Assembly (NCBI GenBank): GCA_951406725.2
Contig: OX597818.1
Span: 49,228,001-49,292,000 of the forward strand
Length of the DNA: 64,000 bases
From: Octopus vulgaris
Taxonomy: Eukaryota
Direction of reading: 5' to 3'
Shown: positions 37,541-50,330 of the stretch, one piece after another
Layout: each line of letters starts with the position of its first letter
How positions within the stretch are numbered: position 1 is the stretch's first letter
The notes under the pieces: model-generated
The model's database searches: none
What the model saw: the letters and a program-made list of their open reading frames with translations, nothing else
What the model was told of the DNA's origin: nothing
Position numbers and translations under genes: made by a program

Positions 37541-37774
37541 ATGCAGTGTTGCACCAATGACCAGCTGGTGGAAGATCTGCCTGGGGTTAAACGAGTTGTA
37601 ATAACAGGGAACAGCCACTTTGATTTGAGAATTGACTTTACTTAATTCTAAAATTATTTTATTGAAATATTTTAATGTTGAAGTATGTCACATTATGAAA
37701 TTGAAATATCATCATATTTGGATACTCGAAATTTGAGATGCATTTCATTTATTTAACCTAATTTAAATCAAAAT

Positions 37775-38772
37775 CAAAAATCAAAATTAAATTCGATGAC
37801 TGGCGTCCACGCTAGTGGGGTGCAAAGAGCACCATACAGGTATAATCATTGACAGAACGGCCAACCGGTTTCTGTGCCAGTAGCACTTAAAAGGCACCAT
37901 TCGAGCGTGATCGTTACCAGCGTCGCATTACTGGCACTCGAGCCCTGTGCTAGTAGGGTATTAAGAGCACTATCCAAGCATGATCATTGCCAGAGTGGCT
38001 AACCGGCTTCCGTGCCGGTGGCACGTAAAAGATACCATTCGAGTGTGATCGTTACCAGCATCGCTTTACTGGCACCCGTGCTGGTGGCATGTGTAAAAAG
38101 ATTCGAGCAAGGTCATTGCCAGTGCCGCCTGACTGACTCCATGCGGGTGGCACGTAAAAGCACCCACCACACTCTCGGAGTGGTTGGTGCTAGGAAGGGC
38201 ATCCAGCTGTAGAAACTATGCCAGATCAAGATTGAAGCCTGGTGCAGCCATCTGGTTTGCCAGCCCTCAGTCACATTGTCCAACCCATGCTACCATGGAA
38301 AGCGGACATTAAACGATGATGATGATGGTGATGAATTTAATTAGGTTATGTAACTGACTGACCGAATGACTTTCTATTTCAAATAAATAGCCCTAACAAT
38401 TACTACCTTTGTGGAAATAGGAACCAGTTTTAGCCCATGTGTGCAGATATATAGAGAGGTCCACATATAAAGTATCTCAGGCCCCAAAATTACATATATA
38501 TGTTGAATAGATCTAGTATCAGCTTCAATGTTGAGTATTCCAAGGATTTGTTCAAAGAAACTATTTATTGATGCCAGTACCACCAAACTGGCCCTCATGC
38601 CGGTGGCACGTAAAAGCATCCACTACACTCTCAGAGTGGTTGGCATTAGGAAGGGCATCCAGCTGTTGAAACTCTGCCAAATCAGATTGGAGTCTGGTTC
38701 GCCAGACCTCAGTCAAATCGTCCAACCCATGCTAGCATGGAAAGCAGACGTTAAATTATGATGATGATGAAA
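37775..38772 (+). mobile_element. Two RTE 3'-end repeats (approx. 37775-38330 and 38570-38772)
   Basis: Both end CATGGAAAGC..ACGTTAAA-(GAT)n. Confidence 0.8.
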
Positions 38773-38879
38773 GTAAATGGCTGTGTATTCCACAGACACT
38801 CATCCTTTTAACCATGTAATCCTTACGTAGACATTTTGTGTGCATGTGTAGGCATGTAGTGTGTGTCTGAGTGTGCATG

Positions 38880-38924
<45 letters not shown>

Positions 38925-38933
38925 ATGCATGTA

Positions 38934-38946
<13 letters not shown>

Positions 38947-38975
<29 letters not shown>

Positions 38976-41110
38976 GGCTGGTCCTTTGTTATAAGTACAA
39001 TTCATTCAATAGACTTCTACGTTGTTTTTGTTCACTCAGTTCCACTCAAGTAGTCTTGAGTAGACGAAAGGTTATCATAGAAGACTGTGGTGACGTGCAG
39101 TGAGACTGAACCTAGCATTTCATGATTCTGAAGCAAGTTTCTTAATCACACACAATAAAACATACATATATAATAAATACAGGTATGAAGTAATATCAAT
39201 TAATCAACTTAGAATTCAAACCTTAGAATTAGGTTACATAACCTAATTTACTGATAAATAAATGAAATGCATCTCAAATTTTGTGGTGGTTTGGAATGGT
39301 CATTACTCCAATAATAATGAAGACATGCACTGGTTCAATATCACTTCTTTATGCTTAGTGGCATTTCATTCATCTTTATGTTCTGAGTTCAAATTCTATT
39401 GAGATCAGCTTTGCCTTTCATCTGGGTCAATAAGATAAGTACCAGTTGAACACTGGGGTCAGTGTAATTGACCTACCCCATCACCTAAATTCACTGACCT
39501 TGTGTCAAAATTTGAAACCAGTATACCTTATATATCTTTTATCTTTTACTTGCTTCACTCATTGGAATGCAGCCATGCAACTGGTTAAATATCTAACCAA
39601 CTAACTAACTGATCATTTATTTAATGTTGTTTCCTTGTCAAAGTCCTATTCACAAATACATCAATGACATGCTCTCTCTCTTTTCAAAGACTGCTTTGAG
39701 GTCTGTCTGAGAATTAGTCTTATGCTTGTCTGTACGTATGTAGATGTATGATTGCTTACAAGAGAATGGAATGGGTGAAAAGACTTTGACAAATAAACAA
39801 TCAATTGATAGTTTAGCCACCACATTAAACAAACAATTAGTTAGAGCTTTAGTTAGATATTTAAACTGTTGACTAACAGCAAAGAATTGTATTTATCATT
39901 ATTGACTTAATGACCCTCCCAAGACACAAGAATTCACAGCAAGAATCTTGCAAAAGTATTCTAATAAATTATGCTTAAATTTTTAGGATTGTTGCTGAAG
40001 ACTCTCTACCAGAAACTCTATGATGTGATTATCCAAGTCTTTGGTGTGTGTGAGAGAGAGAGAGAGAGAGAAGGCTGGTCCTTTGTTATAAGTACAATTC
40101 ATTCAATAGACTTCTACGTTGTTTTTGTTCACTCAGTTCCACTCAAGTAGTCTTGAGTAGACGAAAGGTTATCATAGAAGACTGTGGTGACGTGCAGTGA
40201 GACTGAACCTAGCATTTCATGATTCTGAAGCAAGTTTCTTAATCACACACAATAAAACATACATATATAATAAATACAGGTATGAAGTAATATCAATTAA
40301 TCAACTTAGAATTCAAACCTTAGAATTAGGTTACATAACCTAATTTACTGATAAATAAATGAAATGCATCTCAAATTTTGTGGTGGTTTGGAATGGTCAT
40401 TACTCCAATAATAATGAACACATGCACTGGTTCAATATCACTTCTTTATGCTTAGTGGCATTTCATTCATCTTTATGTTCTGAGTTCAAATTCTATTGAG
40501 ATCAGCTTTGCCTTTCATCTGGGTCAATAAGATAAGTACCAGTTGAACACTGGGGTCAGTGTAATTGACCTACCCCATCACCTAAATTCACTGACCTTGT
40601 GTCAAAATTTGAAACCAGTATACCTTATATATCTTTTATCTTTTACTTGCTTCACTCATTGGAATGCAGCCATGCAACTGGTTAAATATCTAACCAACTA
40701 ACTAACTGATCATTTATTTAATGTTGTTTCCTTGTCAAAGTCCTATTCACAAATACATCAATGACATGCTCTCTCTCTTTTCAAAGACTGCTTTGAGGTC
40801 TGTCTGAGAATTAGTCTTATGCTTGTCTGTACGTATGTAGATGTATGATTGCTTACAAGAGAATGGAATGGGTGAAAAGACTTTGACAAATAAACAATCA
40901 ATTGATAGTTTAGCCACCACATTAAACAAACAATTAGTTAGAGCTTTAGTTAGATATTTAACCTGTTGACTAACAGCAAAGAATTGTATTTACCATTATT
41001 GACTTAATGACCCTCCCAAGACACAAGAATTCACAGCAAGAATCTTGCAAAAGTATTCTAATAAATTATGCTTAAATTTTTAGGATTGTTGCTGAAGACT
41101 CTCTACCAGA
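38947..41110 (+). repeat. Near-identical tandem duplication (~1067-bp copies, 1097-bp period)
   Basis: AAGGCTGGTCC at 38974 and 40071; only about 3 substitutions seen; ~30-bp linker at 40014-40043. Confidence 0.95.
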
Positions 41111-41208
41111 ACTCTAATGTGGCAATCATAGTTAGTCAAATACCTGAAGGAGTGGCATATATCCAAGTTTCTTTGACTAATTCTATTTCCTTTGCAAACG
41201 TTTCTGTG
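41084..41208 (+). CDS. Host-gene exon, phase 1-0 (LLLKTLYQNSNVAIIVSQIPEGVAYIQVSLTNSISFANVSV)
   Basis: aaatttttAG acceptor and GTG|GTAAGA donor; single open frame, compatible with the downstream exons. Confidence 0.65.
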
Positions 41209-41698
41209 GTAAGAATTTAAATATTTTTGTAGTTAAAACATTTTCTTTAATGTAAAAATCAATACCCATTTTTATTAATCATGTCTTTTATATCAAATAA
41301 GATGAACTTAAACCAAAACCTTGTGAGTGGATTTGGCAGATGGAAACTGAAAGAAGCTCGTCATATATATGTATATATCTATTTTATGGGGAGCTGACCA
41401 GAGGGGAAAAGCCACAGAAAATACTATAGAAGCAATTTAAGGATGTTATAAAAGGCAGTCTTAAAGCTTTGGAAACAGATGTGGATAACTGGGAGACATT
41501 GGCTGAAAACAGTGCATCATAGATTGTTAAAAATAGATGTGATGTGATGTATGTATTGGCAAGATATTTAAAATAAATCAATGCAAAAAAATGCAAAAAC
41601 AAATCCTTGTAGAATTATTATGAGTGAGTTACATCTTTCTATGATGAAGAACCCATCCTATTGATGAATTAAGTACCAGTTCAAAGAACTGGAGTTAA

Positions 41699-42038
41699 TC
41701 TTTCTATATATAAAGCTGAAGTTGTCTGTGTATGACAGGTTTGGTAGCCTTCAACTAACACTATCTCCTCCCAGACCCTGCGGCGCAAGTTGACCAAATT
41801 GAGAGTATGATAGAAGAAGGCTTGCTCTTCATTCCGTAGAAGATAATATTCAAATCGGACCATGTTAACACCAAAAATTATTTACATCAAAAAGGTGCTT
41901 TTTTTCTATGAAAATCTATATTTTTTACAGTTCACTTAAAGAGAATAACAAGCTACATAATGCAAAATTTTTACTTTTCGAAAATTCCAATCCTAAAGGG
42001 TCGAAACAAACCCGAGCAACGCCGGGCGATACTGCTAG
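41699..42038 (+). mobile_element. Non-autonomous Helitron (same family as 48355-48746, with a 52-bp internal deletion)
   Basis: A|TC...CCCGAGCAACGCCGGG...CTAG|T. Confidence 0.85.
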
Positions 42039-42874
42039 TATAATATATGATTAACTAAAACATCCAAAAGGCATTGCTTCAATATGATCACAATCCAAAG
42101 ACAGAAAGCAGTAAAAATACATGGAAACTAGAAAAACACTGCAATGCCATAGAAGAGTTTGTTCAAAACTCATGTGTTTGATGGATTTCTTTGATCCTGT
42201 CAGTATTTGACAACAGCCATTATTTGAAAATCCTAGCAATAGGATGTAGAAAGACATAAAAATGCATGGCTATGAAACTGAATATTTCTGACATGTTATC
42301 TAATGTATTAATTATCCTTTCAATAAATATTACACAGACAGGAAATAAGTAACTGTTATAATTCACCAACTTTAAGAGGCTGTCATTTTGATTTGATCGT
42401 AAGAGCGAGGACATTGTTTGCAAAGACAAAGTAGTGACATGTTGACAAATCAATTCTTTGCCAGTCTATCCGATCATTCTACAGTTTTACTATTTTTAAA
42501 CATTCTCCCCAAAGCATGGCCTGCCACTTAAAACATTTGCTGTGATTTTACTCTCTAAATTACTATATCTTCATTGTTAATTACAAGCTTTCCATTAGTA
42601 CTACGAGTATATAGTCTTTTGATTTAATTTTCTTGTTAAAATTTTTCCTTATTTTTAGAATTTCTTTAAGTCGTTGGTATTGTTATTCACATCATAAAAT
42701 GGCCTCAGAAATAGCCATGCGTTAGTAACAGTATCGTTCATAATGTAAACAAGCTCCAACATTTTTCTACAAAGTCAGCCAGTTTGGCAGAACAGCGCAG
42801 AAGGGCAAATTGCTACATATGTGATAGCTAGGACACATGTGTAGGTTTCCTGAATAGAAGAATAGGGAAAACAG

Positions 42875-42961
42875 AGAGGGAGAGGGAAAGAGAGAGAGAG
42901 AGAGAGAGACAGAGATAGGCAGACAAAGACAGACAGAAAAACAGAGAGATTAAGTGTGTGC

Positions 42962-43013
<52 letters not shown>

Positions 43014-43095
43014 CAGACAGATAGACAGACAGAGAGATTAAGTGTGTGCATAAGAGAGAGAGAGAGAGTAAGAGAGAGATTGTGTATAGAAGAGA
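42875..43095. repeat. (GA)n/(GACA)n compound microsatellite
   Basis: Direct reading. Confidence 0.9.
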
Positions 43096-44021
43096 GTGAG
43101 GGTAATATGAGAAAGGAGCACCAACAACAGCAGCTCTATAGGTAAATCTTTGGATTTTTAGAGCGCCACTTGTTGCAGCTTCAGTCATAGACAGAGAAGA
43201 AGCAAATGAAATTGCCTCATCCTCATTGCCATCATTGCCAGACAATGATCCAAGAAGCTGAGGAATCCTTTCCTTTTTTACATAACTGAGCTGAGATTCA
43301 ATACATGAGTTCTGGGGTTGAAAACTTCTGCTGTTAGGGCAGTGTAATAGCAAACTGGGATCTTTTCGCTTTGACCAGCAAATATTTAAAATAATTTCTT
43401 TGTAACTAAACACTTTTAAACTTCATATACTGGTAGAATGTGTTTATAAAACATATTTTTCTCTTGGCTTTCTTGAGAAACTTCTGTAGTTTGTAAGCTA
43501 TTTGTTCTTTAATTTCTTGCATTTTGGCAATTTCAACCAATCAATGACGTCTATTGAGGTGAATCCAATTTGTCTGGATCGTTGTCAACAACAATTATTT
43601 CCAATGTCATATGAAATTGTCCCTGTTATTTATGAGAAAAAAAGATACCCTGTGGCCATAAACTGAGGGGTCACTCGCAAACTGTATACAGTACCAGACA
43701 AAATGCTGTGTGTTATTTAATCAGATCCCTCCCTGTTTTAAGTTGAGCTGAAGTTCTGCTGAGGTCGATTTTGAATTCTGTTATTCCAGGGCTAATAAGA
43801 CATGTGTTGATATTAGCCAAAAATCTGAGTAATAGTTGGGTCCAGCTTTGCCTGCGATTTCTAATAAGTTGATTGTAAGATTGACTATTTGTTCTCTCTG
43901 ATTTTTTTTTATCTTGAATTCTCTTTATCCTCAATCTGTTACTGTTCTTACAAATACATGATCTTTTTTTTTGCATAGATTTTAAAATTTCATTTTTTAT
44001 TCATAGTTATTTTACTACTTC

Positions 44022-44390
44022 TAACACCACCACCACCACCACTACCACCACCACCACCACCACCACCACCACCACCACCACCACCACCACCACCACCACC
44101 ATCACCACCACTATCACCATCATCACCACCACTGCCACCACTGCTGCCGCCACCGCCACCACCACCGCCACGACGACGACGACCACCACCACCAACATCA
44201 TCACCACCACTGCCACCATTGTCGCCACCAGCACCACCATCATCACCTCACCAGCACCAGCACCAGCATCACCACCACCACCACCATCACCACCACCACC
44301 ACCATCACCACCACACCACCACCACCACCACCACCACCACCACCACCACCACCACCATCATCGTCATTGTTGTCATCGTCATCTTTAATG
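44022..44390. repeat. (CAC)n/(CAT)n compound microsatellite
   Basis: Direct reading. Confidence 0.95.
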
Positions 44391-44831
44391 CCCATGATCC
44401 CTACTGGCATGGGTTGGACAGGTTAATAGGATCTGAAAAGTCAAAAGACTGCATCATGCTCTATTGTCTACTCTGGTTTGGTTCCTATTGCTGGATGCAA
44501 TTCCTAAAGCCAACCATTTTATACTGTTTATTCTTATATTTACTAAACTTGACAGTGTTTGAACTGTGAGATGATTTTTTTTGTTTTTTGTTTTTACATT
44601 ACTAATTACTAATATCATCACAATTTAATAATTACATCATATCTTTTTTTGCTTGATAAGACTGCTATTGGTCACCATTTAATTTTTATCTGAATGCTCA
44701 CATACCGATTCACCTTTTAATTATAACGAGATCAGTTTTTATCAATAAATCATAAATTTAAAAATTAAGTCAATAACCAGGTTATACAAAATTTCCCCAA
44801 AATTTCCCAAAAATTTCCCCAAATTTCCCCA

Positions 44832-45252
44832 TAGGCGCAGGAGTGGCTGTGTGGTAAGTAGCTTGCTAACCAACCACATGGTTCCAGGTTCAGTCCCACT
44901 GCGTGGCATCTTGGGCAAGTGTCTTCTGCTATAGCCCCGGGCCGACCAATGCCTTGTGAGTGGATTTGGTAGACGGAAACTGAAGGAGGCCTGTCGTATA
45001 TATGTATGTATATATATGTATGTGTGTGTGTGTTTGTGTGTCTGTGTTTGTCCCCCTAGCATTGCTTGACAACCAATGCTGGTGTGTTTACGTCCCCGTC
45101 AATTAGCGGTTCGGCAAAAGAGACCGATAGAATAAGTACTGGGCTTACAAAGAATAAGTCCCGGGGTCGATTTGATCGACTAAAGGCGGTGCTCCAGCAT
45201 GGCCGCAGTCAAATGACTGAAACAAGTAAAAGAGTAAAAAAAGAAAGAGAGT
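44832..45252 (+). mobile_element. SINE family B, full length
   Basis: Homology to other copies. Confidence 0.9.
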
Positions 45253-45360
45253 AAACATTTTTGCTATAGGAAAATTCACCATAAGTGATTTCATTTTAAC
45301 CCTTAGAACCCAAACTGCCATATATTCCCAATATATTGTAACCCTTAGGACCCAAGGCTG

Positions 45361-45870
45361 TCATCATCATCATCATCATCGTTTAACATTCATTTTCCGT
45401 GCTAGCACGGGTTGGATGGTTCAACCGGGGTCTGAGAAGCCAGGAGGTTGCACCAGGCTTCAGTCTGATCTGGCAGTGTTTCTACAGCTGGATGCCCTTC
45501 CTAACGCCAACCACTCTGTGAGTGTAGTGGGTGCTTTTTACGTGCCACCGGCACAGGTGCCAGGGGAGGCTGGCAGCATCCACGATCAGTTGGTGCTTTT
45601 TACGTGCCACCAGTACAGAAGCCAGTCAAGGCGTTGCTGGCATCGGCCATGTTCGGATGGTGCTTTTAACGCACCACCGGCACAGGTATCACAACTACAA
45701 TTTCTATTTGATATTTATTTTGATGTTGATGTACTTGACTCAATAGGTCTCCTCAAGCACAGCAGGTTATGTGCCACCGGCACAGAAACCAGTCAAGGCA
45801 GCGCTGGCATCGGCCACATTCAGATGGTGCTTCTTACCTTCCGCCGGCACAGGTATCATAACTACAATTT
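45361..45870 (-). mobile_element. RTE 3'-end repeat nested in piggyBac
   Basis: Same family as 5000-5515. Confidence 0.8.
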
Positions 45871-46389
45871 CCATTTGTATGTATATTCTCAAAATGCCAG
45901 TGTCTTCATTTTGTTACACACTGTAGAAATAGCCACTTGAACCATTTAGCAACCAATCAGTGAGTGTATTATTTTGGGTCTTTGCCATACATACTCTATC
46001 ATGGATTCCTTATTTCATGCTTGAATTTTGCCAAGAATGTCTTCAAACTGTGTCAGTGCTGAAGAAGCACCAGCTCAGATTCTTGGTGATGATGAGAAGG
46101 ATTTAGATGAGTCTGATTACAGTAGCAAAAGTGATTTTGAGCATGAAACTAGCAAAGAATTGCCCAGCAATTCTGACAGTGATCAAGGTGAACTTGTACA
46201 TAACGTAGACAATGCTGCAGTGCATATTCAAATGCCCCATGCTAATAGGAGGGGGTGGCCATAGTGGTGGGTATGGCAGAGGCTTGATGGCGGTAGTAAA
46301 TATGAATATTCCTGCGCCCTGGAGACGAGATATGGCTGGTTTTACTGCAAGACTGTTTAATCCTAACCATCCCACAGATCCAAAAGATA

Positions 46390-46425
<36 letters not shown>

Positions 46426-46435
46426 GTTTAACGTC

Positions 46436-46656
46436 CACTTTTCATGCTAGCATGGGTTGGACGATTTCACTGAGGTCTGGCGAACCAGATGGCTGCACCA
46501 GACTCCAATCTGATCTGGCAGAATTTCTACAGCTGGATGCCCTTCCTAACACCATCCAGCTATAGAAACTCTGCCAGATCAGATTGGAGTCTGGTGCAGC
46601 CATCTGGTTCGCCAGACCTCAGTCAAATCGTCCAACACATGCTAGCATGGAAAGTG
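46436..46656. repeat. Fold-back of an RTE 3' end: 104-bp arms, 13-nt spacer, about 5 mismatches
   Basis: Arms 46436-46539 and 46553-46656. Confidence 0.9.
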
Positions 46657-47365
46657 CACCTAATATAAATGGAGAAAGTGGTACCCTAGCTTTCCTCTCC
46701 CTTTTCGGGGATAATGTGCTTTGGGACATTTTGGTTAGAGAAAGTAATAAGAATGCCACATGTGTCAAGGCTGCTAAGCCCAATAACTATGCTGCAAAAA
46801 GATGGTATGACATGACAGTAAAAGAGATGAAGGCCTTCTTTGCTTGTAGAGTTGCTGCAGAGATGTTAGCTCATAAGGATAGGTATGAACAGTACTGGCA
46901 TACAAAAGGCAGCTTTTTGACATTAACTCTAGGATTTGGGCAGGTCATGGTAAGGAACAGGCTTTTAGCTATGTGGTCAATGTTACACTGTGTTGATGAG
47001 GATGATCCTAATGTAAATAAGAAAGACAAAATACATAAGTCACAGCCAGATATTGGTTATATCTTGCCAAGGTTTCAAAAGCATTTTGTGACTGAATATG
47101 AGATGTCTTCAGATGAAGGTATGATTCTGACCAAAAATGCTTTATCCATAAAGACAAACCCATCCATTGGTGCTTGAAGACATTCCTGCTAACAGACAGT
47201 GCAAATGTTTACATTGTGAATGTTGAAGTGTACTCTGGAAGGAGACCAGATGCTTGAGCAGTTGATAATTTGGGTGTCACAGGGACTCTCGTAGTGCAAA
47301 TGATGGAGGGATAACAAACAGGCCTAGAACTATTCACTATTCATGGACAGATTTTATACATCAGT

Positions 47366-47703
47366 CAAGGTGCATGGCTCAGTGGTTAGAGCGTAGAGCT
47401 TACGATTGTAAAGTTGTGAGTTCGATGCTTGGATCGGGCTGTGTGTTGTGTTCTTGAGCAAGACACTTTATTTCATGTTGCTCCAGTTCACTCAGCTGTA
47501 GAAATGAGTTGTGACATTACTGGTGCCAAGCTGTATCGGCCTTTGCCCTTCCTGTGGATAATATCAGCGGCATGGAGAGGAGAGGCTGGTATGCGTGGGC
47601 AACTGTTAGCCTTCCACAAACAATCTTGCTCTGACTTGTGCCTGGGAGGGTAACTGTCTAGGTGCAATCCCATGGTTATTTATGACTGAAGGGGGTCTCC
47701 TCC
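47366..47703 (+). mobile_element. SINE family D inserted in the piggyBac catalytic domain
   Basis: 13-bp TSD TTTATACATCAGT at 47353-47365 and 47704-47716. Confidence 0.92.
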
Positions 47704-48354
47704 TTTATACATCAGTTGAGCTTGCAGAAGGTCTTTTCCAAAGTGACTCAGAAGAACTGACAGGCAAATTCAAAAAGGGGAATCAGTGATCTGTTCAATG
47801 GGAACATTACAGTGATATGGATAGACAAATGCCCCATATATTTCGTTTCATCAATTTATGTGGATTCACCCATGACCTCAGCCACTAGGTATGATTGTAA
47901 TGAACACAGAAAGGTACCTGTCCTCTGTTTCATAGCAGTGAAGAATTAGAATAACTTCATAGGAAGACTAGAAAAAATGACCAAAAGTGCCAACGCCATT
48001 ACAAATGGCCTTGCCGATTAGTGATGAAGTTCTTTATGTGGACATTATATAATGCCTATGTTTTGCAAGGATTTTACAAGCCCCACCTCCAGCCTAACAA
48101 AAGAACTTTCACGTTCCATGCTTTCTTGGATAAGCTAACTTTCATGTTCCATGCTTTCTTGGATAAGCTTTGTGTGAACTAATCGGTGTTGTGAGGGTCA
48201 GTACCCATGTGGGACATGATTATCCAGCAACTGCCGAGGATCGTTTGGTTGGCGTTGGTTTGCACAATGTGGAACAAGCTGAACATACAACTACAAACAA
48301 TTCTTGTGCTGTGTGCATGAGGAAACATAAGCAGGCCAAGAGAACAAATCCTAA

Positions 48355-48746
48355 TCTCTGTATATATAAAGCTGAAGTTGTCTGTGTATGGCAGATTTGG
48401 TAGCCTTCAACTGACACTATCTTCTCCGAGACCCTGCGGTGCAAGTTGACTAAAATTGAGAGTATGATAGAAGAAGGCTTGCTCTTCCTTCCGTAGAAGA
48501 AAAAATTTAAATTAGACCATGTTAACACCAAAAATTATTTACATCAAAAAAGTGCTTTTTTTTCTATGAAAATCCCTATTTTTTACGATTTTTGACTGGT
48601 GTGTCGCCATTTTTCGGTGTATTTCAACCAGAAAAATGTTCACTTAAAGAGAATAACAAGCTACATAATGCAAACTTTTTACTTTTCAAAAATTCCAATT
48701 CTAAAGGGTCGAAACAAACCCGAGCAATGCTGGGCGATGCTGCTAG
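48355..48746 (+). mobile_element. Non-autonomous Helitron inserted in the piggyBac Cys-rich tail
   Basis: A|TC...CTAG|T; removing it restores TNPN-AQYKDLPK in frame. Confidence 0.9.
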
Positions 48747-49024
48747 TGCTCAATATAAGGACTTGCCAAAACAGTCAAAGACTATTTTCTTGTGTAACCA
48801 CTGCAAAGCTTTCCTGCTGGCATGACTGACTCAACGTATTGGAGATAGATTAATGAAAAAATTCTTGAACGTCTTGTATTCTATCATTTTTCACCATTTT
48901 GTACCCTTGTGTTATGAAACAAGCATATCTTTTAGCATAGATTCTAAACTTAAAAATTTTCAGTGAAAGCTTAGGGGAGTGCATTCAATTCTTGTAGGTG
49001 GTTAGGGTTCAAAGGATTAAAAGA

Positions 49025-49226
49025 CTTACTTTTTTACTTGTTTCAGTCATTTGACTGCAGCCATGCTGGAGCACTGCCTTTAGTCGAGCAAATCGACCCC
49101 AGGACTTATTCTTTGTAAGCCCAGTACTTATTCTATTGGTCACTTTTGCCGAACTACTAAGTTACGGGGATGCAGACTCACTAGCATCGATTGTCAAGCG
49201 ATGTTGGGTGGACAAACACAGACACA

Positions 49227-49286
<60 letters not shown>

Positions 49287-49432
49287 TACATATATACGAC
49301 AGGCTTCTTTCAGTTTCCGTCTACCAAATCCACTCACAAGGCTTTGGTCGGCCTAAGGCTATAGTAGAAGACACTTGCCCAATGTGCCATGCAGTGGGAC
49401 TGAACCCGGAACCATGTGGTTGGTAAGCAAGC
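49025..49432 (-). mobile_element. SINE family B
   Basis: Homology to other copies. Confidence 0.88.
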
Positions 49433-50094
49433 TAAATCTTTTAAATGTTTGATGTAGAATAAAGACTTGGCTATTTAATGTTTTTTATAAAACCTTTTTA
49501 TCAATCTTTTTTTATTTTGCAAAATGCTGATATAATACACTTTGTCTTATGGTAAATTTTGTGGATACAAAATGACCGGGGAAATGTTTGAGCAAAATTC
49601 CTGAAAAAAAGGAAATATGGGCATGAGAAACTGCAATTAAATAAATGTCCAATTATTCCCAATCTGTAGAGCTTTTATCAAACCAGCAGTATTTACCCAG
49701 TTCTACTTGCTTCTCTGATAGCAGTGCCAAATATTTGAGATGTTGTTCACAGGCCCAGAAAAAAACTGTTCCCTGATTTTCATTTCCTTGAGGATGTGAT
49801 CACTCTTGCTTGCCTTTAATCCTCCATAGAATGCTATGATTAGTCTTCTGGTGGCCACATTGCCCTTGACAATATTCCTGATATCAAGTGATGAATCTTA
49901 GGACTTTATCTTCACCAAAGAGATGAGCTGTGTGAAGTCATTCCTGATAAACAGTAGTAGGAACCTCTGCAGAGGTCACAGTTCCATGAATGCTATGATG
50001 TACTGAATCCTCTGTAAAGAGGGTGTAGTTTGATGGAGGAAAAAGACAATAGAAAAAGGAGCAAACAGGAGAAAGAAATACAGAGACCTTACCT

Positions 50095-50330
50095 ATTTCT
50101 TTACTACCCACAAGGGGCTAAACACAGAGGGGACAAAACAAGGACAGGCAAACAGATTAAGCCGATTACATCGACCCCAGTGTGTAACTGATATTTAATT
50201 TATTGACCCCGAAAGGATGAAAGGCAAAGTCGGCCTCGGCAGAATTTGAATTCAGAATGTAACGGCAGATGAAAATACGGCTATGCATTTCGCCCGGCGT
50301 GCTAACGTTTCTACCAGCTTGCCGCCTTTT
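50095..50330 (-). mobile_element. SINE family A
   Basis: Homology to other copies. Confidence 0.85.

Larger units (their letters stand above)
46035..48825 (+). pseudogene. piggyBac (PGBD4-like) transposase pseudogene
   Basis: Acidic N-terminus; W.DMTVKEMKAFF, YEQYW, GFGQVM.R.R, LHCVD, SSDEGMI, MDRFYTS, KWPCRLVMK...NAY; C-terminal CAVC...CNHC. Confidence 0.88.
45300..49016 (+). mobile_element. piggyBac transposon fossil with nested insertions
   Basis: TTAA|CCCTTAGAACC at 45296-45310 and GGTTCAAAGGA|TTAA at 49006-49020 (imperfect TIRs); transposase remnants lie between them. Confidence 0.75.

Noticed and set aside
39650-40929. Two identical 60-aa minus-strand ORFs
   Set aside because: Their identity only reflects the 1097-bp duplication; no recognisable motif or splice support.
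42659-42676. Possible 18-nt phase 0-0 micro-exon (NFFKSL) between exons 41084 and 51219
   Set aside because: Strong acceptor but mediocre donor (GTATTG); the chain is in frame without it, so the sequence alone cannot support it.
46028-47177. ORFs 46028-46264, 46212-46565 and 46584-47177 as a domesticated PGBD gene
   Set aside because: The reading frame is broken by retroelement inserts, stops and frameshifts; it is a fossil.
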